Positions 18,194 through 29,712 are shown, counted from the stretch's first letter. The stretch: 64,000 nt of DNA from an uncultured Methanoregulaceae archaeon (GCA_963705255.1 OY970061.1:864001-928000), one strand, 5' to 3'. Numbers and translations are program-made. The notes: generated from the sequence alone by a model not told the origin.

Positions 18194-18701
18194 AGGTGAA
18201 TTCTCGAAGATTGCTGCTGGTACGGGTATCCCGGTCGTCGTTATGGGAGATATGATCCGGACTGCGGTCAAAGCTTCAGGACTGGAACCCACTGACGAAA
18301 ATTTCGGGACGATGGCAAACAACCTCAGAACTGAACGCGGCATGGATGCAGTCGCCCAGCTCTGCATCCCCGAGATCCGGAGCCTGTCCGCACCTCTTGT
18401 GCTCGTTGATGGTATCCGTGGCAATGCGGAAGTTGAATTATTCCGCCGGACTTTTGAGGGATTTACCCTTATCGGGATCGAGTCTTCCTTCGAAAAACGG
18501 CTTTCGCGGATAGCAGCCCGGGCACGTTCAGATGATTTTTGTTCCGCTGATGCCCTGCACAACCGTGACGAACGCGAACTGAGCTGGGGGCTGGGCAATG
18601 CCCTCCGGAATGCCGACCTGACTCTCAGGAATGAAGGTACCCTTGACGCGTTCTCAACGGCTGTCCGCGACCTCCTTGCCACACTTGGACGTGAGAGATG
18701 A
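18153..18701 (+). CDS. P-loop nucleotide kinase (UPF0200/dephospho-CoA kinase-like)
   Basis: VVGLPASGKGEFS, MGDMIR, VDGIRG. Confidence 0.85.
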   Translation: MKVIGVVGLPASGKGEFSKIAAGTGIPVVVMGDMIRTAVKASGLEPTDENFGTMANNLRTERGMDAVAQLCIPEIRSLSAPLVLVDGIRGNAEVELFRRTFEGFTLIGIESSFEKRLSRIAARARSDDFCSADALHNRDERELSWGLGNALRNADLTLRNEGTLDAFSTAVRDLLATLGRER

Positions 18702-19471
18702 CCCTGCAACCCTACTTTTCCTCCTCGGCAAAAGTCTGGGACGACATTTCCTGGGTCTACCAGATCGAAGAGTCCGGTTACGCTGGCTGGGAGATTGTAG
18801 GAGATGGCAATTACCGGCTCGACAACCCGGACTGCTTCAGAAAGATACAGGAAGTGATCACCACAACAAAACTCGGTGTGACCGTTCATGCCCCCTATGG
18901 CGACCTCAATCTCGCAACGTTGAATGATCCGATCTGGCGTGAATCGATCCGCCAGATCTGCACCTGCATCGAACATGCCGCGCCCCTCACCGATCGTGTC
19001 ACCATCCATCCCGGTTACATTTCGCCCATAGGCAAGATGATGCCAGAAAAGGTCTGGGAGCTCCAGAAAGAAGCGCTCAGGCAGATTGGAAAATATGCTG
19101 CCGACCGGGGTGTCCTGGCCTGCCTTGAAAACATGATCAGCGCTAAGGAGTTTCTTTGCAGGTTCCCGGAAGAGCTCATCGGGATGACCGAAGGAATTGG
19201 AGGAGTTGGGATGACCTTTGATTTCGGGCATGCGAATACGATCGGAAAAGTGGAGGAGTTCCTTCCTTTTGTAGGAAGGGCAGACCATATCCATATCCAT
19301 GACAATCACGGTATGTCGGATGAACACCTTCCTCTCGGTGACGGCACCATCAACTGGGAACGTGTCGGCAGGACAACTGCCGATCATTACAGAGGAAGGA
19401 TTGTTATCGAAGGGCGGTCGGTTGAAGAAGCGCGGAAGAGCCTTGCCGTTTTCAGGAGATGGTTTGCGTGA
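18698..19471 (+). CDS. Sugar phosphate isomerase/epimerase (xylose isomerase-like TIM barrel)
   Basis: VHAP, HPG, LENM, FDFGH, HIHDNHG...HLPLGDG; ATGA overlap with upstream gene. Confidence 0.88.
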   Translation: MTLQPYFSSSAKVWDDISWVYQIEESGYAGWEIVGDGNYRLDNPDCFRKIQEVITTTKLGVTVHAPYGDLNLATLNDPIWRESIRQICTCIEHAAPLTDRVTIHPGYISPIGKMMPEKVWELQKEALRQIGKYAADRGVLACLENMISAKEFLCRFPEELIGMTEGIGGVGMTFDFGHANTIGKVEEFLPFVGRADHIHIHDNHGMSDEHLPLGDGTINWERVGRTTADHYRGRIVIEGRSVEEARKSLAVFRRWFA

Positions 19472-19547
19472 GCGGTGAGCCGAAGCGAACCGCTGGAGCA
19501 GAATCCTGGGAAGGATTGGGCGTGAGCAGTGAGCAGATGCGAACTGC
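19471..19547 (+). repeat. Two related tandem-G.A hairpins in the intergenic spacer
   Basis: gcggt-GA-gc-cgaa-gc-GA-accgc and gcagt-GA-gc-agat-gc-GA-actgc, each preceded by gcgtga. Confidence 0.7.
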
Positions 19548-19574
19548 CGGAACGGAGTTCCGGAGGGGTTGTAT

Positions 19575-20517
19575 ATGAGCGGGGAAACACTCCAGGTCTA
19601 TTTTCTCGGAACTGCGGGGGCACTTCCGACCCCGGTGCGCAACCCTCCGTGCATCCTGATACGCCATGGCTCCGACACCATGTTATTCGATTGCGGCGAG
19701 GGGGCGCAGCAACAGATGATGCGCTCACGGTGCGGGTTCACCGTCAACGCCATCTTTGTCACTCACTGGCATGCCGACCACTTTCTTGGTATATTCGGCC
19801 TCGTCCAGACAATGTCTTTCAACGGCCGTACGGAACCGCTTACCATTTATGGTCCCGAGTGGGTGCATGAATTCGTGAAAACCCTTCGCCATGTGGCACG
19901 CTTCAATCTCAAATTTCCCATTGAGTCAGGAGAACTGCATGACGGGTCATGGGTACGTTTTGAAGGCTACACGGTCACCGCATTTGCAGCACGTCACGGC
20001 CTGCCATCACTGGGATATATTCTTGAAGAGGACCCGCGGCCGGGAAGGTTCAACCGCGAGCAGGCAGTCGCACTGGGAGTCCCGCCCGGGCCTCTTTTCG
20101 GAAGGCTCCAGAGGGGTGAATCCGTCAGGATCTCCGGCGGCGGGGGATGCGAAGTGGAAGTCAGGCCGGACCAGGTCATGGGAGCACCACGACCCGGGCG
20201 AAAGATCGTATATACCGGGGACACCCGTTCGATCCATACTTCCATCATGGATATCGCCCGGAATGCCGATCTGCTGATCCATGACGCCACATATGATGAT
20301 TCCGAGTCGGCGCGGGCTGCAGAGTTTTACCACGCAACTGCATCGCAGGCCGGGGAAGCTGCTGCGGCCCTGAAGGCCCGGACACTTGTCCTCATTCATA
20401 CCAGTTCACGATATACTGATCCCGGGGCCCACATCAGCTGACGCACAGAAAAAATTTGACGGGCCGGTTCTTGTCCCCAAGGATCTGGACATGATTGAAG
20501 TAGCATTCCGCGACTGA
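19575..20517 (+). CDS. rnz: Ribonuclease Z, frameshift near 20436
   Basis: LGTAG, DCGEG, THWHADH, exosite GVPPGPLFG, YTGDT, HTSSRY; shifted frame gives the expected C-terminus DAQKKFDGPVLVPKDLDMIEVAFRD. Confidence 0.93.
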
Positions 20518-20683
20518 CCGGGTTTCCCTTATCCTGTGATCTCATTTTGCAGATAACAAGTAAATTAAACATTCAGTCACCCATTGATGATCATACAGGA
20601 GAATAGTACCGCGTAGCGTTGACGATACTAATACCATATCGCAACAATATGCCCATTTTCGCCGTGTGCAGTGAGAGGAGATT

Positions 20684-22535
20684 ATGCAGAATAATGACGC
20701 AAATGATGTGCTGGTCTACCGGCTCGGCGCCGGGTGCGACCTTGCCGAAGTTGAGGAAGGGAATATTTATCAGGGAAAGGTGCAGGGTTTTGCAAATTTT
20801 GGGGTGTTTGTCCAGTTAAACGACCGAATCAAAGGACTCGTGCACAAGAGTAACATCAAGGCCGATCATAAGGAACGGGATTCTATCCTCGTCAGGGTCC
20901 GCCAGATCCGCCCGAACGGGAATATCGATCTCGAAGAGGTCCAGATCCAGGTGTATCAGGTCCAGAACGTGGAACGGAAGTCTACAACGGTAAAAATTGC
21001 AGATCTCAACAACAGGGTGGGAAAGACCGTAGCAATCGAGGGGGAGATCGCCCAGATCAAGCAGACAAGCGGGCCTACCATCTTCACGATCGTTGATGAG
21101 ACCGGGACCCAGAACGCAGCCGCATTTGTCGAAGCCGGCGTGCGGGCATTTCCCGAAGCCGAACTCGGTAACATTGTCAGGGTCGTCGGCGAGGTGATGA
21201 TGCGCAACAGCCAGCTCCAGATCGAGGTGGATGCATTAACCATTCTTTCGGAAGAAGAGTCCGTGTCGGTGAGGGTCAGGATTGAGAAAGCCCTGGATGC
21301 GCGGGCAGAACCGGAGAATATTCCGCTCCTTATAAAAAGTGAGGTAATGGAAAATCTCCGTCCCGATATGAGGAAGATCGCAAAGATTATCCGGAAGGCG
21401 GTATTCACCTCCCAGCCGATTATCCTGCGCCACCATGCCGATGCCGATGGTATCTGCTCGGCGGTCGCCATCGAACAGGCCGTCGTATCGTTGATCCGTG
21501 AGTCAGGGGGTGATTTTGACGCGGATTATTTCATGTTCAAACGAGCCCCGTCAAAGGCTCCGTTCTATGAGATCGAAGACATCACCCGTGACCTCGATTT
21601 TTCCCTGAAAGATCATATCCGGTATGGACAGAAGATGCCACTGGTTCTTCTCACGGATAATGGATCAACAGAAGAGGACGAACCTGCGTACAAGATTGCC
21701 AGCGTCTACGACATCCAGTTTGTAGTCATCGACCACCACCATCCGGATGCAACTATTGACAAATACCTGCTGGCCCACCTGAACCCGTACCATGTCGGCG
21801 GGGACTTTGGTATAACGGCCGGTATGCTTGGGACCGAAGTTGCACGGCTGATCAACCCCAAGATCGAACCCCTTATCCGTCACCTTCCGGCCGTCAGCCG
21901 GCGTCGGTGACCGCAGCGAAGCCCCGGAACGGGCACTCTTCCTTGCGCTCGTCCGCGAACAGTATCCGGAGGAAACATGCAAGGATATAGCGCTCGCCCT
22001 TGACTATGAGCAGTTCTGGCTCCGGTTCAATGATGGCAGGGAGATCGTCAAGGACATCCTTGACCTCACGGGCCACGCGGAACGCCACAGGAAGCTTGTC
22101 TCCCTTCTCGTTGACGGGGCAAACACCATGATCGAGGACCAGATGAGTGCATGCATGCCCCATGTGGTCCCCCGTATCCTTGCGAATGATGCCCATCTGT
22201 TCCTGATCGATGTCGAAATCCATGCCCACAAATTCACGTTCCCCCCTCCGGGGAAAACCTCCGGTGAAGTGCATGACCGGCTCTGCAAACAGAACATCGG
22301 TAAACCCGTTGTCACCATTGGCTTTGGCCCTGATTTTGCCGTACTGCGATCCCGGGGCGTACTCATGAACATCCCCCGCATGGTCCGTGAACTCCGGGTC
22401 GAGATTCCCGGGGGCGGCATCAGCGGCGGCGGCCACCTGGTTGTCGGGAGTATAAAATTCGTGGAAGGTATGCGCGAGGTCGTTCTTGAGGCATTGATAA
22501 AAAAGATCGCCGATGCACAGGTTCAGAACCTGTGA
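20684..22535 (+). CDS. Archaeal RecJ-like DHH phosphoesterase with S1 and OB folds, frameshift near 21896
   Basis: S1 (GKVQGFANFGVFV), OB (KQTSGPTIF), HHADADG, IDHH, C-terminal GGGH. Confidence 0.88.
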
Positions 22536-22559
22536 ATAGCCATTTTTTTAAAAATTTTA

Positions 22560-23666
22560 TCAGAGACGGATCAGTTCATACGCACTGCTTCCCATACCGA
22601 TTTCTTCAGCATATTGTATCTGCCGGAAGCCAACGGTATTAGCGTGTACACCGGTAAATTTATCCTCACCTGCACGGTGGTGAGTGGCGAGGAGCGATTC
22701 CCTGTATCCCTGTTGCAGGTTGACGAGATCGAAGCTGGCCGCATCAATGGCAACCGGGTCGCGCGATGCAAGAATTCCGATATCCGGGACGATCGGTGCG
22801 TCACTGAACGGGAAACAATCACAGTCCGGTGTGATCCGTATCAGGAAATTCATGTAACCCACCCTGCCCTCCTTTCCAGCGACTGCCCCGTATGCATACT
22901 CCACCATCCTTTCCATGAACAAGGGAATCTCGGTCTCCCAGTCTATATCGATCGCATGCTCCGGGCATGCATGCATGCATTCGAAACAGCCGATGCAGTT
23001 CTCACGGTTAATTACCGATTTTTTTGCTACAATGCTCATCGCCGAACTCGGGCAGACCTTCATGCAGGCTGCACATCCGGTGCATTTCCCGCTCAAGGTA
23101 AACGGTCGGGCATTGTGCTGTGCCCGTTTTCCCTCGGGAGGAGCACACCCCATGGCAAGATTTTTTATCGCACCGCCGAAACCTGAAACGATGTGTCCCT
23201 TAAAGTGACTCAGGACCAGCATGCTGTCGGCAGAAACAATGTCACCGGCTATCGACACCTCGCTGAAATGTTTTTTACCGATCGGAACTCTCACCACATG
23301 TTTGCCAAAAATTCCATCCGCAATGATGACCGGTGCACCGACCACTGCAAAATCAAAACCGTGCAGGATGGCAGTGGTGATGTGCTCCACCGCGTTTGAA
23401 CGGCTGCCCCTATAAAGGGTATTGGTATCGGTCAGGAATGGCAGACCCCGGCACTCTTTCACCTTTTCCACAACCTGTCGCACATAGACCGGGCTGATAA
23501 AGCCGTCATTTCCCACTTCTCCAAAATGGAGCTTGAGTGCGGTTTTATCCCGTGGTTTGATCAGCTCTGAAAACCCCGCACGGTCAAAGAGCTGCTGCAC
23601 CTTTGCTGTCGTACATTCCTGATCAGAATGTGCCCGGAGGCTTGCGAAATAGACCGGACTTTTCAT
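22560..23666 (-). CDS. DUF362 family Fe-S protein with 2x[4Fe-4S] ferredoxin insert
   Basis: KLHFGE, SHFKGH..SGFGGAIKNL, CTGCAACMKVCP and CIGCFECMHACP, PDCDC. Confidence 0.88.
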   Translation of the reverse strand: MKSPVYFASLRAHSDQECTTAKVQQLFDRAGFSELIKPRDKTALKLHFGEVGNDGFISPVYVRQVVEKVKECRGLPFLTDTNTLYRGSRSNAVEHITTAILHGFDFAVVGAPVIIADGIFGKHVVRVPIGKKHFSEVSIAGDIVSADSMLVLSHFKGHIVSGFGGAIKNLAMGCAPPEGKRAQHNARPFTLSGKCTGCAACMKVCPSSAMSIVAKKSVINRENCIGCFECMHACPEHAIDIDWETEIPLFMERMVEYAYGAVAGKEGRVGYMNFLIRITPDCDCFPFSDAPIVPDIGILASRDPVAIDAASFDLVNLQQGYRESLLATHHRAGEDKFTGVHANTVGFRQIQYAEEIGMGSSAYELIRL

Positions 23667-23955
23667 GCTTATGCCTCTGCAGAGGGAATTGTTTTCCGAA
23701 GTACTAGAACCCATCGTTTCCGTGAAATGTCCTGTTGTGGACGCGGACGGTTTTTCCTGACAAAACCCCGGACCCGTGCGCCGGAAGCGACGGGTCATGT
23801 AATTATCAGCCAGTCTGGATCTTTATGTGCCGGGACAATCCTGGGAGAAGAGTGTCGCGAGTCTTTTCAAGGTGTGGCCCGCGACATAAGAGGTGAGAAA
23901 AATCCTTGAATGATACATAAAGAAGAAAAGTTCAAAAGGAAAATACGTGGAGGAA

Positions 23956-24444
23956 TTATTCCCGCTTGCCGAGGTAGTGATCAATATAGAAGAGATGGCC
24001 GATAATATCGCCAACGATTCTTACCTGGTTGAGAACCTCCAGGGCCTGTTCCTCCTCCTCCACCTGTTCTTTGACAAACCACTGGAGCATCTCGAACGTT
24101 GCGTGATCTTTTTCTTTGATGGCAAGATCAACGATAGCGTTGATCATCCCGGATACTTTCTGCTCATGGGCATACACCTCTTCGAATACCTTTCCCGCAG
24201 ATGTCCATTTTGCCTTCGGGGCCTCGAGAGCACCAAGGGTAACTTTCCCCCCGCGGGCAACGATATACTCAAAGATCTTCAGGGCGTGTGAGCGTTCTTC
24301 CCGCGCCTGCACCCTCATCCATTTTGCGAATCCCCTCAGACTGATTGTCTCTAAATACGCTGCCATCGAAAGGTAGAGGTATTCTGAGAAAAATTCCCGG
24401 TTAACCTGCCGGTTCAGGGCTTCTTCCATGGTCTTTGAAATCAT
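23956..24444 (-). CDS. ftnA: Ferritin
   Basis: QVNREFFSEYLYLSMA, EERSH, HEQKVS, WFVKEQVEEE ferroxidase ligands. Confidence 0.93.
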   Translation of the reverse strand: MISKTMEEALNRQVNREFFSEYLYLSMAAYLETISLRGFAKWMRVQAREERSHALKIFEYIVARGGKVTLGALEAPKAKWTSAGKVFEEVYAHEQKVSGMINAIVDLAIKEKDHATFEMLQWFVKEQVEEEEQALEVLNQVRIVGDIIGHLFYIDHYLGKRE

Positions 24445-24577
24445 CGTATAACCTCTGATGCATCGTTCATTGGTTTTTTTATTAATAATGCTTTCGTAAC
24501 GCGGCATCAGTTCTGAGTATAATACCCGGAATCGGTTTTTCCCGAAACAAAGAATGTCTGACTATAAATAAGAAAAT

Positions 24578-25036
24578 TTACCTGCCGACTTTCTTTCTTT
24601 CGGCGTCCATATCCAGAATAATTTCAAGTTCGAGTGACCTACCGTACGCTTCCTGTGCCTCATCGTTCCTGCCGAGTTCATCGAGGCAGACCCCTTTGAT
24701 GTACCAGGCTGCAGCATCGTTACCGTTCAGGGTCGTGGCTCGCGTACTGGCAAGTACCCCCTCGTCAAACCGCTCGAGATTATAGAGAACCAGCCCTTTC
24801 TTCGCCCATGCGTCCGCATAATTCTGGTCAAGGGCAAGTGCCCGATCGCAGTCAGCAAGCGCCTCCTTGTACCTCCCGGTCTCGATAAATGCAGTGGCCC
24901 TCAAAAGCCAGCTCTCCGGATAATTTGGATCGAGAGCCAATGCTTTCTCGAAGTGGATTATCGCTTCCTTATACTTCGTACGTTTTGCCAGCGATTTTCC
25001 TCGTTTGAGCAACTCTACAACTTCTTTCACCGGCAT
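24578..25036 (-). CDS. TPR repeat protein
   Basis: Four TPR-like repeats (AWAKKGLVLYNLERFDE, AWYIKGVCLDELGR); GGAGG RBS. Confidence 0.85.
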   Translation of the reverse strand: MPVKEVVELLKRGKSLAKRTKYKEAIIHFEKALALDPNYPESWLLRATAFIETGRYKEALADCDRALALDQNYADAWAKKGLVLYNLERFDEGVLASTRATTLNGNDAAAWYIKGVCLDELGRNDEAQEAYGRSLELEIILDMDAERKKVGR

Positions 25037-25070
25037 GAAAGTCCTCCGGCAAATCCTGGCTCGCGAAGCA

Positions 25071-26099
25071 TCATCCATCCCCCCAGGTGTCCGTTATCAG
25101 GTCACCGAATATCTTTTTCAGCGCTCTCCTCTCAAACTCCTCTTTGTTCTTGTGGGCTTCGAGCAGGTGTTTTGGCTCCTCCCAGACAAACCAGTCTTTC
25201 ATGGTCATGTACGAAATGAAGTTATCAGTCAGATTGACCCCGATCTTATAAAGGTCAAAATAGTGGTCGAGGGTCGGTTCCGCGTCCCATTTCACAAGGT
25301 TGAGCGGGCGCTCCATGATTGCCAGCATATTGTCTCCAAAGACTTTTGACTGGTACCAGGCAGTCTGAGTCCAGCGTGTGGTCAGCATTTCCTTCACCTC
25401 AAGATGGTTGAACTTCTTCATCTGGGGAATGTTCAGAACCGGCATCAGCTCATCAGCAGGAAGCGTTTTGGCAAGGAACATGTCACGGGCGTAGAACATC
25501 GCCTTGTTCAGTACAAAATACCGGCGGGGGACAATAGTTTCCTGCTCCATCATCTCGTCCATGTCGTTTTTGCTCTCCTTCATGACATGATAGAGCTGGG
25601 TTTTCCGGATCTTGGGCATACGATGGTAGACACTCGCGTTCACGATTGCGTTCCACGGGAGCTCGTTGATATCGTCATTGAAGTGGGTAAACAGGATGAA
25701 GAGCATCTGAATAAGTTTCTGGACCGGAAGTTTGTTCTCCTTTTTCGCTTCGTCCTTCAGCGCGTCCAGGTAGATCTGGTGCATGCCCCTGTATACGGAT
25801 TCCTCGGTATAAGAACAGACAAGGTACCTTGATTTTTTTGCTGCAGCGCCCTTGATAAGCAGGTTGGTGCATTGTTTTGCGATGATGAAGTCCTTGAGGA
25901 GGCCGATGTACTGTGCCGGGAAAATGATGACATTCTTTTCAATATCGTACGTATAAATATCAACGAGAGTCCCCCCAGGTTCAGCATCCGGCTCGCGAAG
26001 AAGCGAGATTTCTGTATCGAGTGTTTCTTCGGTACGGGTAAGAAACCGGCGGATGGGTTTGGATAAAGGCATCTCGGTTTTCATTGTGTGGCTCACCAA
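25071..26099 (-). CDS. Hypothetical protein
   Basis: 342-aa ORF with coding-like codon use, co-oriented upstream of the TPR gene; no motif recognised. Confidence 0.75.
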   Translation of the reverse strand: MVSHTMKTEMPLSKPIRRFLTRTEETLDTEISLLREPDAEPGGTLVDIYTYDIEKNVIIFPAQYIGLLKDFIIAKQCTNLLIKGAAAKKSRYLVCSYTEESVYRGMHQIYLDALKDEAKKENKLPVQKLIQMLFILFTHFNDDINELPWNAIVNASVYHRMPKIRKTQLYHVMKESKNDMDEMMEQETIVPRRYFVLNKAMFYARDMFLAKTLPADELMPVLNIPQMKKFNHLEVKEMLTTRWTQTAWYQSKVFGDNMLAIMERPLNLVKWDAEPTLDHYFDLYKIGVNLTDNFISYMTMKDWFVWEEPKHLLEAHKNKEEFERRALKKIFGDLITDTWGDG

Positions 26100-26320
26100 A
26101 AAATCGTTTTACAGGGATTTATGCTTTCCAGTACTTCTGTTCTGGTGCGAATTAATCTATTCTTAAAAGGAATGCCAGGGGGGATGGCTGCATAAATACT
26201 TCCGGTCACCCTCGTGCATAATCACCGTTGAAAAATTTCTGTCAGGATTCGATCATCTGGAGCAACCGGTATTTCCCTGTCCAGCGCTATTTTAATTCCT
26301 GTCCGGCACCATTAAACGGT

Positions 26321-26572
26321 ATGCAGTTGAAGAAAAAACTTGCAGATCTCTTTTCAAAACTTTCCGGAAAGAGGCAATACCCTCTCTATGAGACGTGTTC
26401 GTTCTGCGGGGTGCGGGATTACCTTCCCTTTCACTGTGACTACTGCGGGCGGTATTTTTGTGACCGGCACCGGCTGCCGTTCGATCATGATTGCGAAAAT
26501 ATCGATACGTGGAAGAAACAATCCGCGCGGCCACCGAGGTCAACGGCAAAAAAATTCTTTTTACGAAAATAA
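26321..26572 (+). CDS. AN1-type zinc-finger protein
   Basis: CSFCG....LPFHCDYCGRYFCDRHRLPFDHDC. Confidence 0.8.
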   Translation: MQLKKKLADLFSKLSGKRQYPLYETCSFCGVRDYLPFHCDYCGRYFCDRHRLPFDHDCENIDTWKKQSARPPRSTAKKFFLRK

Positions 26573-27311
26573 CCTCTCGGCAATCCCGGAGACCTGACCG
26601 TAACGTTTGCCATGAACTTTCTCTCCCGTTTTTAAACAATCCCGATATGTTCGGGATCGTCCCTGTACTAGACATCCTCAGCAATCTCGCCGGAGTGATC
26701 AACAGGCTGTTCAAGGAACTGAGCGACTATGATACTAGATCTTTCACCGGAGTATCGCCCTGTTTTCGATGCTGATATGAGGAAAACAAACCGGAATATT
26801 AAAACAATCAGTGCTCTTGAGAATGTCGGCTGGGACATCTAGAACATGATCCTCAAACAGGGTATCATCATAACCACATCGGTTCGCGAAATTGTTCAGA
26901 GCATCAGAAGATCTGGAGAATATAATAGTGATATTTCCAAGAAGGCGATCAACCTTCTGGGCCGGAAATGGCCTGGCCCGGATACGATAAAAACCCGGAA
27001 ATAATAATGGATTCACAATTTCCTTTCTCTTTTTTACGATCCAGAAAATCATAAAATGTTGAGGTTTATTTTCCGCAGAATCACGTTAATCCAACTTTCT
27101 GTTTTTTTAAAATATGACTATAGTAATTAAAGCAAAATTATTGATATCGTCAAGCAGCCGTGTGCATGGTGCATTGGAATTATAGTATCGAGTGCCGAAT
27201 CCTTCAGATTTATAAGTCCTCAATCTTTAAATATAATTACCATTGTATAAAAAAAATTGCCGATATTTTAATGCTATTAAAAATTTTCATGAGATTGTAA
27301 TAAAGCGAGGC

Positions 27312-28181
27312 ATGGAAATTTTTTATGGTGTGACACTTTTAGACACGCCCACCATGCGGCTCCTGAACTCCTCGACAGTTGTCGCAATTTCCGGGATATT
27401 CAGGCTTCATATTGCTTTTCTCCTGGCAGGTATCGCCATGAGAATACCGGAATATTGTGCATTCAGCCTCATCGTGTATGCCACTTATACCCTGGACCGT
27501 GCCCTCGATTGCAAGGAAGATGCAATCAACCGCTCTGAAATCACAGGTGCAGACAAAAAAACCGGAATACTTGTATGTCTCGCAGCATTTCTCATGGGCG
27601 CCGTCATTTTACTCCATGACGGCATTCTGCTCGCACCTTTTTTTCCTTTCATTGTCGGCTATGCCTACACCCATGGATTCCGTGTCGGGTCGTATACCGT
27701 TAAACTTAAAGCGGGTACAGGTGTAAAAAATGCCATCATAGGACTCACATGGGGCGGGACGATCGCCCTGATCGTGGGCCACTGGTGCGGCAGTATCGTA
27801 ACCGTTGGCGTCATTTTCCTGTTCTTCGGGCTGAAAGTCTTCGTAACTTCGTGCGTGAACGATTTCAAGGACGTAAAGGGTGATATAGCCGCCGGGATCC
27901 GGACACTTCCGGTCTGCCTCGGTGAAGATCTGACAAAAAAAGTCCTTATCCTGATACTCTTGGTCATGCACGGCGTCATGCTCTACGCACTGCTCTCAAA
28001 CGTTATCAGAGATGAATGGCTCGTCCTGCTGACAGGTCTGGTCATCACGGTCGTATTCCTTTTCATCTATTCGCCGTCGTTTGAAACCAGTCCCCAGCTT
28101 ATGTACCGGAAGATGCGGGAGTTTGCGATCAGCTGGGAATCGCTCATCGCACTGGCCATTCGGGGATGCGTGACAATTTAA
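27312..28181 (+). CDS. UbiA family prenyltransferase
   Basis: Multi-pass membrane protein with YTLDRALDCKEDAIN and NDFKDVKGDIAAGIRTLP Asp-rich motifs; start uncertain. Confidence 0.85.
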   Translation: MEIFYGVTLLDTPTMRLLNSSTVVAISGIFRLHIAFLLAGIAMRIPEYCAFSLIVYATYTLDRALDCKEDAINRSEITGADKKTGILVCLAAFLMGAVILLHDGILLAPFFPFIVGYAYTHGFRVGSYTVKLKAGTGVKNAIIGLTWGGTIALIVGHWCGSIVTVGVIFLFFGLKVFVTSCVNDFKDVKGDIAAGIRTLPVCLGEDLTKKVLILILLVMHGVMLYALLSNVIRDEWLVLLTGLVITVVFLFIYSPSFETSPQLMYRKMREFAISWESLIALAIRGCVTI

Positions 28182-28960
28182 TCCAGCGACTCAATTTTTT
28201 CTGATAGTTTGATGTAATGCGAAAAGATCCGTTCTCCCCATCTCCGTGCCGAAGCGTCATAACTTACGCAATCGTTCTTGGAATCGAACACCCCGTTGTT
28301 ATAGAATAATGAGATGGAAAAATAGGAGTCCGAGACAACAAAGGAGAACTTGATGTCATGCTTTTGCACATAAAGATTAGCCTTATCGCATTTCAGCCAT
28401 TCCTCGAGGAGATCACGGTATTTCTCCTTCACGACCTTGAACACACCTTGCGTCAGGATAAGGTGGGACTCAACACCTTTTTTCGCAAGGTTCAGGAAGA
28501 AATTCGGGTACCGCGGGTGGACCGTATGGGATATGCCCTTGATGACTTTCGAGTTCGAAATATTTTTCAAAAAGATGTTAATATCAAAAATTTCCTCATC
28601 CGAATTTTCAATGATCTGGTAGTTCCCGAGTTCTCGGATATGGAGGAGAATGTCATGGGGCAGTACTTCGATATTATGTTCGTTCCAGAATTTTTTATGC
28701 TTATCAAACACTTCCATTGTCCTGATCAGGGGCTCCATGTGCGCGGTAAGCACCCTTCCCATGGGTGTTAAGGAAAATTTCCTGCCATCCCGTTCGATAA
28801 GGTACTCTTCTTCGAGAATTTTTACCTGCGGAAGCATGCCTGTAGAAGTGACCCGGAGGGTCTGTTTGATTTCATCCCATTCCTTTGGCCCGCTGTTCAG
28901 AAGTATCAGGAGATTCCGTCGTTTGTCGGAAGCTGAAATAACATTCAGAAGGTCGCTCAT
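28178..28960 (-). CDS. Winged-helix transcriptional regulator (COG4742/DUF1724-type)
   Basis: SASDKRRNLLILL..GPKEWDEI...LTPMG wHTH; FWNEHNIEVLP; SARRWGERIF. Confidence 0.82.
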   Translation of the reverse strand: MSDLLNVISASDKRRNLLILLNSGPKEWDEIKQTLRVTSTGMLPQVKILEEEYLIERDGRKFSLTPMGRVLTAHMEPLIRTMEVFDKHKKFWNEHNIEVLPHDILLHIRELGNYQIIENSDEEIFDINIFLKNISNSKVIKGISHTVHPRYPNFFLNLAKKGVESHLILTQGVFKVVKEKYRDLLEEWLKCDKANLYVQKHDIKFSFVVSDSYFSISLFYNNGVFDSKNDCVSYDASARRWGERIFSHYIKLSEKIESLD

Positions 28961-29505
28961 TCTTTCACCGGGTGTTATGATAACCTCATTGTCATATGAG
29001 AAAAAACCTCCTGAAATGCGATTACGGGACCTGCCCTTGTACTGTGAGCCGAACATCGACCAGATGGCATCCACCCTTGGCCTTGAATGTCCTGGAACAA
29101 CGGTTCTTCATTGCTATCATCACGGGGCATTATAAAATTCCTCGCGCATACCAATCGGATTGTGATGGTGATCCCTATCCTTTCAGTCTGATGCATGGAA
29201 AAAACCGGGATAATACCGTCTGGACCCGGATTAGGCAACGGTCATGTGGCAAAGGAAACAGACCGGAGATAAAATGATCGAGAACAAAGATTTCAATTAT
29301 AATATAAAAGTCGTGTATAATTTTAATAATGTTGAAATTTTTAATGATGTTATAATCGTACATCCAGATAACAATATACAAGAACTGGTCTGATAATTGG
29401 TTGGTGTGTGGATCTGTACCAGCATAGCATCACATCCACAACGGGTCACACACTCCGCAGCTGGTGCCGTCTACCGGGTGGCCAGCTGCATTTTCATCCA
29501 TAACA

Positions 29506-29712
29506 ATGAATGGGAACAAGACGATCATCGGTCTCGGGTATTGGCCTGCATATCAGGAATCTCCTGCGGAACCCCTTTCGTACTACGGTTCACAGGAAAT
29601 TGCAGGAACCATTGTTGAGGTGTATGAGTATAATGTGCTCATTCCCGCCTCATTGGATATCACTGGACCTGGTGAAACAAGTGCGGAAATTATCATGCGT
29701 GATCCGGTATGA
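29506..29712 (+). CDS. Possible small protein coupled to the downstream kinase-like gene
   Basis: 68-aa ORF whose TGA overlaps the next ATG (ATGA); no motif recognised. Confidence 0.3.
   Translation: MNGNKTIIGLGYWPAYQESPAEPLSYYGSQEIAGTIVEVYEYNVLIPASLDITGPGETSAEIIMRDPV

Noticed and set aside
17564-19387. Long antisense ORFs (607 aa here; also 3660..4988, 11258..12571, 49843..51105, 60724..61734)
   Set aside because: Shadow frames of well-supported genes on the opposite strand in GC-rich DNA, with no motifs
20439-20441. Selenocysteine or read-through at the rnz TGA
   Set aside because: The C-terminus continues in a different frame, so this is an indel, not an in-frame stop
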